In this document: in pieces, positions 13,796-28,307 of the stretch | How positions within the stretch are numbered: the first letter of the stretch is position 1 | Layout: each line of letters starts with the position of its first letter | Source of the DNA: Eledone cirrhosa | Lineage: Eukaryota | Direction of reading: 5' to 3' | Assembly (NCBI GenBank): GCA_964016885.1 | Contig: OZ024746.1 | Span: 45,012,001-45,076,000 of the forward strand | DNA: 64,000 bases | Notes under the pieces: generated by a model | What the model saw: only the letters and a program-made list of their open reading frames with translations | What the model was told of the DNA's origin: nothing | Databases searched by the model: none | Program-made: the position numbers and the translations under genes

Positions 13796-15948
13796 CAGGG
13801 TTTATATAGTTAAATAGTTTGGTTATTTTCGCATGAAAGAAAGGCTAGAGACAATATTTGAGCAGTAAACAAGAGACCATCTGAATGTAGCGTAGAATTT
13901 ACATAATGGAAGTAGCAACAAGCAGAATATCCAGAATTGACTCTGAAAGAAATAAGTTACATAATATAGATGTGATAAATAGAACCAGGTAATAGGTTAT
14001 TACGTGATTACTTATAGTTTGAATGAATATGAAGACATTCAATCATTATTGAAATATAATGTGTTTAGAAATATTTTGTAGTTTAATGTAAAGTATTTTC
14101 ATACGCATAATTGAAGATATATTTCGTAATGCGTATGTCATTCCAACGAATTTCATGGAGTTGGCAAACTCTTAATGCGAACATGGAATTTCATGAGATA
14201 TATTCGTACACCATTTTATGTGAGATTGTGCTTACAACCTGGACTGTTTTTCCAATAATCATGACGTTTTTGTATTTAGATCATATAATTCATACTTAAG
14301 GTGACTACGTATATGATATTTCATAAAATTTCATTATCTAATGAATGTATTTGATTTCAGTAACATATATAGAATTTCATTTCACTCTAGTTGTTGCCGT
14401 TGATGGTGTGATGGTTATTGGCCATGTTTACATTATGGCTACGGTTATTATTGTAACTATTGATATTGTATGAATAGGAGTAAATTTGTGATGTTTATCT
14501 GTGAATAATCTAATATGATTATTGATTAGACTCGTATAATTGGTTAATAGAGTTTGCAGTTTTTCATTTTAAGCAGACATGCAGTCACTCACACACTCTG
14601 TGTGTGTTAGCAGAAAGAGATGGACGAGTTGGTGGGATGAAAGATACAAAGAATCATATACATATTGAAATACTAGTGTACATAAAAGTTGATGTAGATA
14701 CGGGTATTAGCAAAAAGAAGGCATAATTTGTAAATAGTTGACTTACGATTGAATCGTGGACATCAGTTTTATTAGAACTGCCATTTACGTTGATCTGTAC
14801 GATCTGACGATAGTTAAAATTGAGTAGCTTACATCCTTTTATATTCTCTTCATAAAACATATAATATTGAGTTAAATTGCATATGAAAATTCGTTAAGAT
14901 AAAATGAAATTAAGGAAATAATTTATATGCAATCTGAACGTTACATGAAAACTAACGAAAGTTTCTAACTCAATTTTAATCGTTTTGAGTTGAGTGCTCA
15001 GCATTTAGACAGATTAATATCATAGGAACATTGTAAATCTAACTTGACAAATGTGTATAGATTTTGTGCTTAAGCAACGCATTTAACGTATTAATGATAA
15101 GTAATATTTTCGCTGTACGTTAATCTAACAATTTATCGCACTTTCTACTAAGGCATACATACAAGCCCGCATACACATACACACCCTTACACACATTCAC
15201 ACACACGTTTGTATATACTTATATGCACAGGCATGACTGTATGGTTAAGGAGTGATTTCATGTTCAATCCCACCGCCTGGCACCCCTTGCAAGAAATAAA
15301 TTCAGCAATCGTTTGTATTAAAAATGCGATATGAGAACAATTTGGTAGTAAGGTCGTATTTTGGAAGGCACTCACAACACTGCTGGCCGATGAAAAGTCC
15401 TTGTTCGGAAATTGCTGGTTATATATGTATTATTAATCGGTGTCGAGTCGATTCTCGACGGAATGTGAAACAGTACAGTACCAGCTTAGATATGGAGTTT
15501 TGTAGAGCGGCGGATTCTGGTCTGCTGCACTAGGAGGATACTGGCTGTTCTAATTAGCGAAATTGTGAGTACTTTAACGCTTGTGTGTGTGTGTATTTGT
15601 GCGTGTGTGTGTGCGAGCGCACACGCTCGTGTGTGCGTGTGTGTGTGTGGGTGTGTGTGTGTATAATACAATGTCAGGAATGTCACGTCTCCATTTAAAC
15701 TATTTCTTTTTCACAGATGTATTGCAACGCGCGTGATTTACCGTATAGCATTGAACGTTCATACTGAATCCTCTTTCCAGCTATGTTACAAAATATGAAG
15801 CATGATCAAATCGAGATGGAAATGTTATTCTGATTAAATTTGTATATGTTTCTAAAATAAGTATAACAGCTCTTTAGTTTACATCTCTAAATACCTGTTT
15901 AATAACATAATACACACTCGCACCACACATGACCCCATACTATCATGC

Positions 15949-16012
<64 letters not shown>

Positions 16013-16709
16013 TGTGTGTGTGTGTCAGACAAAGAGAGAGGGAGAGAGAGAGATGGGGAGATAGATTTACATATATGTTTGTAGGAGGCGTATGTGCGTT
16101 AACATGCATGCATGTGTGAATATGTGCTTAAGGTGTGCTGTGGCTAATCCTTTCCGGACTCTTGTTAGAATCATTTTCATCTTAGAGTAATATGTTTTAC
16201 TTTACTTAAATCTATAATTTGAGTAATTTAACATAAAATATTGAAACAAAATCAACATAGCTGACATCATAGACATTACTTTTAGTGAAATAGAATATTA
16301 CAATTAACTGACGATTATTTGATACCAATAAAATGATTCATAGTTTAAGTATGCTTTTACGTAGTTATTTTACGTTAAAGAGTGCTATTACTATCACTGT
16401 TTGTTATCACCTTTCATTAGTATCGAAGTAATACGAGCATTGTTTTGAAGTAGTAAAATCTCAATCGGAATTGTAATTATATGCAATAGTAGAACCCGTG
16501 GAAAATACACGCTTTATAAATTTCTTAACTTATATTTCGATGTATAGTTTCATAATGTTAATGGTTATTTCTTGAATTTCATTTCACAGTAAGGTGTTTG
16601 TCAAGCTTAAATATCTAACGCATTTTATTATGTTAAATATTTCGATTATATCTTAATTCATTCCGTAATTAAGATTGTTTAAAGAATGACGTTTAATACT
16701 GAATATTAT

Positions 16710-16807
16710 TTGACTTTGCCTTTCATCCTTACGGGGTCGATAAAATAAAGTACCAGTAATGCACTGGGTAATTGCTGGCCTTGTGCCTAAAGTAGAAACA
16801 ATTATTA
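16710..16807 (+). mobile_element. SINE 3' half
   Basis: Near-identical to the 3' half of the SINE at 35891-36080. Confidence 0.85.
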
Positions 16808-18773
16808 CCGCTTTGTCCTTATCGAGACCACTATGAAATATCGTTATTTAATTACCCGGATAAAATTCAATTCACCGATACTGCAAATATTATTTAAAGT
16901 GAAACAGGTATAAGAATTGTTACAGCGTAATATAGAAAGATGAATATTATATATCTTTTTACGGTGAGATTTCAAATTTCATTTAAAACTAATTTGCATA
17001 TCATTGTCCTGAGATCGATGAAATAATTTTAAACGAGATAGATTACATTGTTGGTACACGCCGCACACATTCCTAGAAACATAGAAAGAAATAATAATGA
17101 AAATGTAAGTGGCATCACATATTTACAAAACATATTTATTGTAAATGGATGTTGATTGCAAATCCACGTTTATATTTACTTTAACTAAAATATATTATAA
17201 GATATTGAAAATACCATTGACAAATGTAAGATAAGTATTGCCCAAAACTTATGATGAGTGGGAATGAGAAAACAAAACTAAAATCTGAAGAAATGTTGAG
17301 TGAATATTGAGCCAGTTATTCTGTTCATATACAAATATATATGTGCATATTCCCACCAAGAAAAAAAAGAGATGTGCAGGTAAAGAGACCTCTGCGATCA
17401 TGAGCTTGATATATATATGTGTCCCATAATACTCTGAGCTTAAACAAAATTCGAATATGTAATTGAAACAAATTTCACTCGAAAGTTTAATCAGCATCAT
17501 AAGATTATTCTATATGGAAAGCGAAAATCATATTTTTCACTATAACATTTCGCTTCAGCCACGGAACCTGATGATAAACTATCATCAGTAAATAACCAAA
17601 GTGATTACAATGTCTCTTAGTATTCCAATCACTTTCCTAGATTCAGGAATTAAACCAAAATGTATTCCAAAGCTATTAATGGGCTCAAGAAATTCTTTTG
17701 ATTAGCAATATGAAGCTGTAAAAGCATTATTGGGTCAAACGAAAGCCATTTAACATCTAATCAGCTTTGGGGAATTAAAACGTTTGCTGCCTAATGATTT
17801 CTAGTGTGCTCCTGTAATATTAATCTATTTCCAAATATTACTCAAAATCAAACAAAGGCGGTAAATGCATAATCAGACCTCACTCGAATAATAACCTATG
17901 TACCGTAGATTCAAATATTTACATACCACCATAACCAAATACATTTTACTAAAGGATTATCTAAAGTGAAAAATTACGAACTTTTGTTTTCATAAGAATA
18001 ACTCGGAAAAAAAAATCCAGCTATTTCGTGAGAAAATAAAATCATGAACCACTGTGCGTGATCCGTTTCATTCTAGCCTGTAAGTTATGAACCGAAGAGT
18101 AAAAGAAACGTATCAAAAATGAAAAAAATTAGTACTTCTCAATATATAAAATCATCTTTTTTAGGAATGAAAAATTCAAGCATTTGATTTTGTTTTCATT
18201 GAATACGATCAGTAGTGAATACTATACCAATACTGAATGTAGAACATGCAATATTAACGCCGACGGTTTTGCTATATTACGTCACCATTATACAAGAAAG
18301 TAGTGCGAGGTATATATGTTCAAGAAGAAAATATAGATATCAAAATCGATAACCCGAACTCACATGCTGTGCATCGAATAAATATAAAAACACCAAAGTG
18401 ACTGAAATCTAAAGAAGACTCCATGCAGGGAAGATATATAATGCATGAGAATTAACATAAGTAAAAAAAATGTTTACCTTATTTCATAAATCTGAACAAA
18501 AGTGAAATCCTGTATTTATAGGTAAATTTAAAATATACCGACTCCTAGCTTGTATATAGAAATAATTATCTGTAGTCAACATCTACCGATTATAGCCATC
18601 CATTCTAAGTCAATGACGTCGTATAAAAGTGCTAAATATTTTTACTTTGTTGATATTGTTATAATACAATTCGAATCTACATGTTGATGTATCATTACTG
18701 ATGGTTTAATAGGTTTTAGTGGAACGTCGTTATCAATTGCTAGACTTAACAAATTTAACTTAACCATACACAA

Positions 18774-18817
<44 letters not shown>

Positions 18818-21800
18818 GAGTGTGTGTGTGTGGAGGGGGGGGGGGGGTGCTTGTGTGTTTATGTGTGTGTGTGAAAAGGTAAAATGTCTGGCTGTCTGAT
18901 CATATTATCTCATCTACCATTTATGTACATATCCGTATCCTACAGAGGCCACACAATATTCTGTTTTCTCCGATGGCATCCATTTTTTTCCAGTATTTAT
19001 ATCTGGTGGCGCGGAGCGGATGGTTTGATCATTCGAATGGTGATCTTTTAAACTATTGATGGGATAAAAAATTCTGTCGGAATTTCAGTATTTTACAGAG
19101 CTACACGTGAAAAAGTTCGAGGCAAACCTAACCAATTTGCAATAGAGCTATTGCATTTCCGCTTAAGTCTCAAACTGTGTTAGTGTGACATGCTACCACA
19201 TCTGTTCCCACTGCACTGTAGGGTACACATTTGAATTCCCTCACTTCTATCATTAAGTGACCCGTAAAGCAGCATCTGCTATCGTGGCATTATCTCTCCT
19301 CTAACCACTGTATAGTGGATGAGTCGTTTCAAAACTGACCTCTCCACTGTTTATTAAAACCAAATTTAGTGGGCTAACGTTTCATGTTTCGTCATCTTGA
19401 TCTGGCACCCGATGGATGACAGGCCAATTATGAGTCGATTTCTCCACTATACAGTGGTGGCCATAACTTGATCCCGAACCATAAGGTCTCGTATACAGGT
19501 TAGGTATATGTAATTTTAACTATACTATATTTATATATATAAATATAGGTTCTTGCTAGAGTGGTATGCGTACTCCCTGAGTATATTCATGTGACTTTCA
19601 GTGGGTATTATACATGTGGATGAGTGTGAAGTAGTTGTCTACCCACACATCTTTGCTAAGGTTTAAACTGTGGATGCAGTGGAGTGTGTACGTCTCCAGC
19701 TATGTGTTCTCGCAGATGTGGTAGGTTGTGTGCGTTGTGTATATATGAGCGGATCAGCACGTGTCCGCATGAGTGTATATTAAATAGTTACTCGTCATAC
19801 CCTCCAGGGACGTAAAAACTAGTCCCGTATCAAACACTGTCTGCCACCCCTGTCACCTCTCATGGTATAGCTGAACTAGTTTGTCATAACTTGGCACTGT
19901 GTTTACTTTTCTTATTATATATAATTTGTCGAAATGACAGCTGCTGTTCAACTATTTTAATCGCCATCACATTCCATTATGTCCCTACTTCTACATCTTT
20001 TTCTATAGAAATTGTAGCCTCGGCAGGTTTCCCAACTTGCTTGAAACAAACTAATTACGCCGCTGTGAATAGCAGCGAATCTCTCAGAAATTCCATGTTA
20101 CACTTTTCAAATATTAGATAATGTGATTTTATATCTTAAAAGGTAAAAGTGATATAGTTATAAATGCAGTGCCAATGACCGCAGATCCGTTTGATCAAAG
20201 CTAGTTTGGGGCTAATTAATAATAGCAAACTCAACTCACTTTGCCCTACTTTATTCCATTAATATGTTCTGCAAATGTGCATAAATATTAAATGGACGTG
20301 AATGCTTCCCGTTGCTTCACATTAGAATGATTTTCTGTAATAATATTGGGTAACATCTAGAATCATGGGACACTATTGAACTTGCCTCATTACTTCTAAA
20401 ACATTTTACGAAAATGTGATATTGAAAAGTATTATATAAGACAATATATTTGATTCTTTCGACTAATTCTAGGACATATGTTACCCATATGGTAAAGAAT
20501 TTCAGCAATCTCATCAAACATATAAACATATAAATCTTTATATTATTGATCCTGAGAAATATAAACTAAGACAACTTGAGTACAATTGGACACAAAGTGA
20601 GGGGAAACAAATTAATGCTTAGAATCTACCGAACCTGTTAACCGATCACCATTACATATTCACCAAAATCAAGCCCTCACTCTGTCACAAGATTATATAA
20701 TGGTAGGGATAAAGGCCTGAATCAAATCCACTGTAGAATACCCCCAAGTCAACCCAATGAATATTTGAACTCATAAGAAAATTATACGTAACCCAATACC
20801 GAAAGACATTTTAATTCATCACTCTTGTATTTTTACGTTTTTACTGCGCAGTAAAATATATATCAGAAAAAGACGACGTTGGGCGTAATGTTTGTGCAAT
20901 TAAATTCATAAAATTAAAATATATAAATAGAAAATTCATATTGTCTGTATTGTAGTAACGGCCAACAGTAATTGAGTCAAATTTTTACTGTCCCGCCTAC
21001 TTGCATTTGTAACCCGACATCTTCCCAACAGCTGATTGTTGCCTGTGTTAATCAGTCACTTTCCTGTTTAAAGTGTTGCAAGCGAAGTCTGAACAAGTTG
21101 GGGCTATCAACTGACGTAAGTTATACATATTTTCTTTCAGTATTGACGGTTATAAATTTCTATATACTAGATTCTATATTACAAATTGTAATTGTATTTA
21201 GATGATACTCTCGACCACTATAAAACACATCAATCTCTAATTATTACCAAAGTGCCTTTCTTTTATTATGTTCCCGGAACTCTTAAAAGAACTAAACTTC
21301 GGTCAGTTTATCGCAAAATGAAACATGAAAATACAGGGAACTTAATCATAATGATGTACTTGTAAGTCCGATTCGGCTTGCGATACAACCATTTGACATG
21401 TACCTAGAGGAGAGATTATTATGTGAACAAATATCAGTATCGACATAATTCTTATGAATATGTATTTCTAGATTCGTCACAAATCTATCAACTGTAGAGA
21501 AAGCTCAAAGTTCATTAAATGTAATCCAGTACTTGATTGGTACATTGTTCTATCGACCCGGAAGGGTGGATATTATAAATTTAATAATCGATTATAAAAA
21601 CTGATTAGGCTTTAGGTAATAACGTAAGATACGTAAGAGCACGAGAGAAAATACGTTCTGGCATATGTTCAGAGTCAGTGTAACCTTCATCGTTTCGAGC
21701 TAAATAATGTACCAGTCAAGGGTGATGGATTGGCGGAATTGTTAATGCACAAGATTGAATGCCTTGTTATATATGTTTCTGCTCTCTGCATTCTGAGTTC

Positions 21801-22523
21801 AAATTCTGGTTTGGCTTATTTGGTGTTAGACTTAATACTTGATTCAGTTTTATATCACATTCATGTTTTCATGCAATTTGTGGAATTCACTACTCTGTTG
21901 TGAGGATTCAGATCAAGTGTCCAATTGCACTCATCTCGGAGATTCTGAAAAGTGTCACGAGCCCGTTTCCCTCTAACTATGCAATATGAAAGCACTTCAT
22001 ATTTGATGATACCACTTGCAATAATTTTAATTACTCATTGAGAAAACATTTAATTTCTAAATAGTATTATCTTTAGACATTAATATATGCATAAGGCTAT
22101 TTTTATATCCACTTGTATTAACCTTTACTATAGAAACCATATATTGGCATTTGAATAAATTGTCTATGTTTAAATTATTGTGTCTCGAACATAAGATATA
22201 CGAATTGTTTGAATGGTAATCATTTAGTAAATTTCCCAGAGAAGCAGTGTTTTGTCAATGTATGTGTATCTTTATTTTCGGATTACCTTTCAACATTTAC
22301 CGTAACATTTGGTAACTGATAATCGTCCCAATCAATATAAACGTGCGGTTCCAGAAATCAAGATGTTATCGCGGATCATCTCACTGGGAGAGGGTTTCAT
22401 TTTCTATATCATATATTTTTTAAAATATCCTTTGCCGCGATTGATCTGGATATGTCGCTTAGATAAGAAAAACTGCCACAGCTTTGATTTATCGAAATAA
22501 TGAATTTTCCCACCATATATATA

Positions 22524-22556
<33 letters not shown>

Positions 22557-23017
22557 GTATAATTACATATATACATATATATGTGTGTATATATGAAATA
22601 AACGTTACCTAATCATATTTATTTATGTGATACTAGCATATGGCTGTTATGCAATTTTTTCAACACCAACCGGCACCGGTGTGACCTCATTAGATGTTAA
22701 CCCATTTATATGAGTGCGTGGATAAGTTGTTTGCTAACGCTACCAGGTTTGCGAGAGTCCAGAGAACATATGTATAAATATATATATATATATATATATG
22801 TAAGTATGTATTTATGTATACGTACATACATATATGTATACAGAAGTACAGTAGTATGTATATATATACATACATGCACATATATATATATATATATGCA
22901 CGTATCGGTTTACCGAACATTTATTATAATGCTCGGTTTGTTTGTTTGTAAACAAACAAACAGCCCGAATTACGCCGTACGGTGTTTAGGCAACCACGTC
23001 AACTTTTTGTTCAATAT

Positions 23018-23057
23018 GATGCTGACGATAGCTAATAAGCTTGAAACTAGTACATAT
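23018..23057 (+). ncRNA. Type I hammerhead ribozyme (short stem I)
   Basis: atg-CTGACGA-tAGCTaataAGCTt-GAAA-CTAG-TA-cat; canonical core with a 3-bp stem I. Confidence 0.7.
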
Positions 23058-23286
23058 TTCCTGTGTCAGTGACATATATGTATGTATGTATACATACATA
23101 CTTACATTTAAGTAAGTGCCGTAAGAAGAGTGAGAAATGAAATTTCGTTTCATTCTATTCCATTTGGCGTTTTCGGTGTGCCCGGCCGATGAACTCACTC
23201 GATATGCAAATTAGGCTGCTCAGTCGTTAATATGCATAAGGAAAGTATATACTTTCAGACGTTCAACCATCTGGCAGGAAGGTATC

Positions 23287-23327
23287 CGATGCTGACGATA
23301 GCTAATAAGTTTGAAACTAGTACATCG
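23287..23327 (+). ncRNA. Type I minimal hammerhead ribozyme
   Basis: CGATG-CTGACGA-tAGCTaataAGTTt-GAAA-CTAG-TA-CATCG. Perfect 5-bp stem I, canonical core, palindromic stem III, GUA triplet; predicted cut after 23322. Confidence 0.85.
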
Positions 23328-23617
23328 TTCCTGTGTCAATGTTGAACAAAAAGGTGACGTGGTTGCCTAAACACTGTACGGCGTAATTCGGGCTGTTTGT
23401 TTGTTTACAAACAAACAAATCGAGCATTATAATAAATGTTCGGTAAACCGATACGTGCATATATATATATATATATGTGTGCATGTGCGTATATATATAC
23501 ACACTACTGTACGTCTGTATACATATATGTATGTACGTATACATACTTACATTTAAGTAAGTGCCGCACTAAGAGTGAGAAATGAAATTTCGTTTCATTC
23601 TATTCTCTCTCTCTCTC

Positions 23618-23697
<80 letters not shown>

Positions 23698-23795
23698 AAA
23701 AGGTCATACCTTTTCCTATTACCCACTCTACTACCCTAAGTATTGAGTACTCTGGTGCGTTATGGTCCATCTGGTTCATTACCACAATTCCTTCG

Positions 23796-23856
<61 letters not shown>

Positions 23857-23887
23857 AAAGAATGGAGGTGTAACACACAAGTTATTA

Positions 23888-24271
23888 TATATTGGTAAAC
23901 GGAATAGAAAATGCTGACAAATTGTTCACAGTTGAAAAATGGTTTAATTAGGAATAAAAGAGTATTAGTGATTGTATGGGTTAGTATTAAGTTGTGGTTT
24001 TAAGTTTTTAAGTTTTTACCGGTTGCGCATTTCTAAATGCTTTTCAAAAATAATTTTGAGATAGAGTGTCCGTGCTGTTTGCTCTGCTCTGATTCACCCA
24101 CTCTATCTCAAAATTATTTTTGAAAAGCATTTAGAAATGCGCAACCGGTAAAAACTTAAAAACTTAAAACCACAACTGAATACTAACCCATACAATCACT
24201 AATACTCTTTTATTCCTAATTAAACCATTTTTCAACTGTGAACAATTTGTCAGCATTTTCTATTCCGTTTA

Positions 24272-24280
<9 letters not shown>
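23888..24280. mobile_element. Fold-back (palindromic) derivative of the termini of the Penelope at 28303-31687
   Basis: 23888-24068 is a near-perfect reverse complement of 24099-24280 and is homologous to 28303-28470; it sits in (TA)n. Confidence 0.9.
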
Positions 24281-24318
<38 letters not shown>

Positions 24319-24472
24319 TGCGAAAGCATGAAAGTACTTGTTCAATTAACATTTAATATTCTACCATACTATTTCATTATAATATCATTATAATTTTAAA
24401 GGATTGTAAATAAAACGAGTAAATCAGATAAAGCTGGAATTCCTTTTATTGATATATATATATATGTATATG

Positions 24473-24578
<106 letters not shown>

Positions 24579-24586
24579 GGCGGAGT

Positions 24587-24641
<55 letters not shown>

Positions 24642-25154
24642 GTGAGTGTATATGCGTGTGTTTGAGGGATGAATTAACAATAGTTGGTTAGATAGAGTGG
24701 GAGGAACAGAGAAAATAGATAGATTGATGGATGAATATATATATATAAACAAGCACACATTTATACTCAATGGTTGTAATCACTCTTGACAGTAATGCCC
24801 GGGATGGTTGATTTATAAGATTGCTGGACTATAGCAATAAAATAAGTGCATTGTTTAAAGTTTCGGTTTATAGAATCATTGAGATTTACCAAATCCAAAG
24901 GAAAGGAATTGATACTATGCCAAATGTAATCTGGTTATTGAAACAGAAGTACCTCATAAGAATAAAACTGCGTCCTTTTGGAACAGGGAGACAGATCTAG
25001 TATAGACAGACAGTTATAAGACGAAGTTAACGGTTCTCTGTTTTTAAAATGACTGGGAGGAAGTTACCGAGTCAATAAACAGCTAAATAAAACATTTATT
25101 GAGAACATGATCGCAATATTTGTCTTTGTGTGATCAATTTACGTAAAGATACTA

Positions 25155-25212
<58 letters not shown>

Positions 25213-25506
25213 GGGTGGGGGGTGTATGTGCGTGTTCGTTTAAACATTATAAAAGTGTTTAAAAATGAGTGAACGTTATTTATTACATATTACATTCGTG
25301 AATGCCTATGAAAATTAAATCAACCTATAACACCCTCTTATGGAATATTTTAACATTGTCTTTAGTTTTCCTGGGGATGCGATGAGTTGATATAATGAAT
25401 TAATCGATATTATTGATTACGGTTGCTTCTCTTCATTACCGAAATGAATATAGCATAAAAAGAAAGATGTGTTAAATTTCTTAAAGCCTTTGGTTTTCCT
25501 TTCAAT

Positions 25507-25595
<89 letters not shown>

Positions 25596-26137
25596 TTGTG
25601 TGTGTGCGTGTGTGTGATGTTTTAGCTCTTTTGAATGCTCAAAGAATACAATATAGAAAAAGCCTACTAGAAAATCAAGAACTCATCACCTGATCACTTT
25701 TTATTTATTACTTGCGTACGTTATTGTCCTTACCGTAGACATATATATACATATATACGACGGATATTACGACAATCAGGACTTATATATATATATATAT
25801 ATAATAAAATGAGTCCCTCATCAGTGATTTGCCGAAGATCATAGATATTTCATTGCATTAAAAATCATATACCTCACGTCGGTGCAATAATAACCAAAGT
25901 AAGTTATTAGGACAATTAAAACGCGTAAAGCGAGTGAGACAGGAGAACAACAAGAGTATGGCTAACCAGGGGAAAGAAACAAGCTTCAAAAATTATTCTG
26001 TTTAGCATAAGCTAGGTGAATATATGAGCGCTTTTAGAACAGACCCGACACGAGCGAAGGCTATGAGCGGTGAGAGAAAAATAGCTTTCGTGGTGTACAG
26101 GATGAAATGAAGAGAAGAGAGAGAAACAGTGAGTGAG

Positions 26138-26196
<59 letters not shown>

Positions 26197-26204
26197 ATAT
26201 ATAT

Positions 26205-26722
26205 GGAATAGAATGAAACGAAATTGCCTTTCTCACTCTTAGTACGGCACTTACTTCAGCCATCTGGCAGGAAGGTATACGATGCTAACGATAGCTAATA
26301 AGCTTGAAACTAGTACATCGTTCCTGTGTCAGTGTTGAACAAAAAGGTGACGTAGTTGCCTAAACACTGTACGACGTAATTCGGGCTGTTTGTTTGTGTA
26401 CAAACAAACAAACCGATCATTATAATAAATGTTCGGTAAACCGATACGTGCATATATATATATGTGTGCATTGGATTGGCAGTATCGGTGGAGGGTCGGA
26501 CGCCATGCTTTCCAGCATAGTTACGTCCCTTTACGATCTGAGTTCAAATCCTGCCAAGGTTGACTTTGCCTTTCATCCTTACGGGGTCGATAAAATAAAG
26601 TACCAGTAATGTACTGAGTAATTGCTGGCCTTGTGCCAAAAGTAGAAACAATTATATGTATATATACACATACTACTGTACGTATGTATACATATATGTA
26701 TGTACGTATACATACATACATA

Positions 26723-26730
<8 letters not shown>
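26205..26730 (+). mobile_element. Second copy of the hammerhead repeat, interrupted by a SINE; ribozyme core mutated
   Basis: Colinear with 23265-23550. The core at 26280-26320 reads CTAACGA (G5A). Confidence 0.8.
26472..26655 (+). mobile_element. tRNA-derived SINE
   Basis: Same sequence as 35891-36080; splits the host repeat. Confidence 0.9.
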
Positions 26731-26764
<34 letters not shown>

Positions 26765-26770
<6 letters not shown>

Positions 26771-28236
26771 TAACAGATTAAAGTTTAAGCAAAGAATCGC
26801 TGCTTCGTAGGGCCTACAGAGGGTTAACCGCCAATAGTTTCAAGCAGCGTCTTTACATGCATACCCATTCTTTTCGTTACCCTCCAAGAAGGAATATGAC
26901 GTCACTTTCAGCTTATATCTGGAGTCTAAAAGACAACTACACCCAATATAAGTTACACTGGGAGATCCTAGCTAGGGCTAGATCGTATAACGGAAATAAA
27001 AGACCATGTGACCTTTGCGCCGCTGGGGCCCTGGAAATACTCTACGCCACAGACCACATCTTAAACAAAAAATCTGAGGTAATTTCGGCTTGTAAACATA
27101 AATTGCACAAAACATTGCTGTATTACAGCCCCACGTTATACCCTAACGGATAGCACGATCTATACGTGGATATTTTACGTCTTGATGTGGGAGCTAATTA
27201 TATGTTTTGTTTATTCCTTTACTTATTTGCATAGGTAAGTATATATTACCCGTATGTTTTGTGAAGGTGTGTATACCTTCTCGTACGTATATTTGACTGT
27301 TATGGCGTATAATTTTGACATATTCTGGTATTTAGGGTTTGGCTATGTGTATACGGGAGTTTTGCGTCTGCGTGAGTATGCAGGTTCGTACGTATGGTGG
27401 GTGTGTGTATATGTGTACTTCTTGTTTTAGTTGACTTACGTCTCCGAACATTCGTGTATTTATTTGTAGGTATGTGTGTGCGCTTGTTATATACGTATTT
27501 ATTTACTTATATACGTTTATATATTTATTTATTTATTTGTACACAAGCATACACACACACACATTTATATGTGCGTGGTTTTGTAAACCTATGGTAAGTT
27601 TTTGCGTATGCTTGTGTATGTACGTATCTGTTTGCGTGTATGTATTTATTTGTTTCTATTACTTCTGTATTGTATTTATTTACTTTGTTCTTAACTCTGT
27701 AGCGGAGATTCATTTGGTCTCCTAGTCAGAATTTTAGTCTACAACTTCTGCTATACCATTTACGTGGTTTTGTCTTTGCGTGCTATTGTTCTCCACGCTC
27801 CACATATGACTTATTATCTTCGTTTTTTCGTTCATTGCCAGAGAACGTCTCTATGCACCACCTAAGAGAACATTAGTCTACGACCTCTTTTATACCATAA
27901 ACGTGGTTCTGTCTTTGCGCGTAATTGTTTTTCACCGCTCCTATTAATGACGTATTATTCGTTTTTTCCCGTTCTTTGCCAGCGAACGTTACCACGAACC
28001 AAAGTATCGTCTTCCTGTCTTCCTCCGGTTGCAACGTTTTTTGAAATATCCAGTTCTGCGTTTACAGATTGACTTTGTTAGTTTCAGAAGATCAGGGTAA
28101 GGGTGAAAGCAGCGATTCTTTGCTTAAACTTTAATCTGTTATTTTAATAAATATTTGCTCTACGGTTCTTATATATTTGATATATATTTTCCTTATCGAG
28201 CCCTCTTTGGATTTTAGTCTTCAATTTTATTATTAT

Positions 28237-28240
<4 letters not shown>
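26765..28240 (+). mobile_element. Penelope-like 3' remnant (GIY-YIG C-terminus plus 3' UTR)
   Basis: ORF 26857-27153 'HSFRY...TSLSAYIWSLKD...WEILARARSYNG..RPCDLC..E...LNKKSEVISACKH' is a typical PLE endonuclease tail. There is a ~40-bp inverted repeat (26766-26806 vs 28106-28147), and 28150-28240 recurs inverted at 62558-62648. Confidence 0.8.
28080..28130 (+). ncRNA. Hammerhead-like motif with U4A core
   Basis: AGTTT-CAGAAGA-(13 nt, weak stem II)-GAAA-GCAG..TTGC-TT-AAACT; stems I and III pair. Confidence 0.4.

Positions 28241-28302
<62 letters not shown>

Positions 28303-28307
<5 letters not shown>

Larger units (their letters stand above)
22795..23605 (+). mobile_element. Non-coding hammerhead-containing repeat (retrozyme-like or Penelope pseudo-LTR) with an inverted partial copy
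   Basis: A ~445-bp unit (23110-23553) restarts at 23554. 22795-23013 is an inverted copy of 23342-23550. Two hammerheads; further copies at 26205-26730 and 60555-61020. Confidence 0.8.

Noticed and set aside
14742-14835. Possible minus-strand exon with a gtaagt donor
   Set aside because: No recognisable protein and no partner exons found.
17568-17588. CTGATGATA-AAC-TATCATCAG
   Set aside because: Short palindrome only, with no GAAA or stem III.
23186-23262. CCGATGA...GAAAGTATATACTTTC as a second ribozyme in the unit
   Set aside because: Core altered, no stem I, and the 3' part is simply a palindrome.
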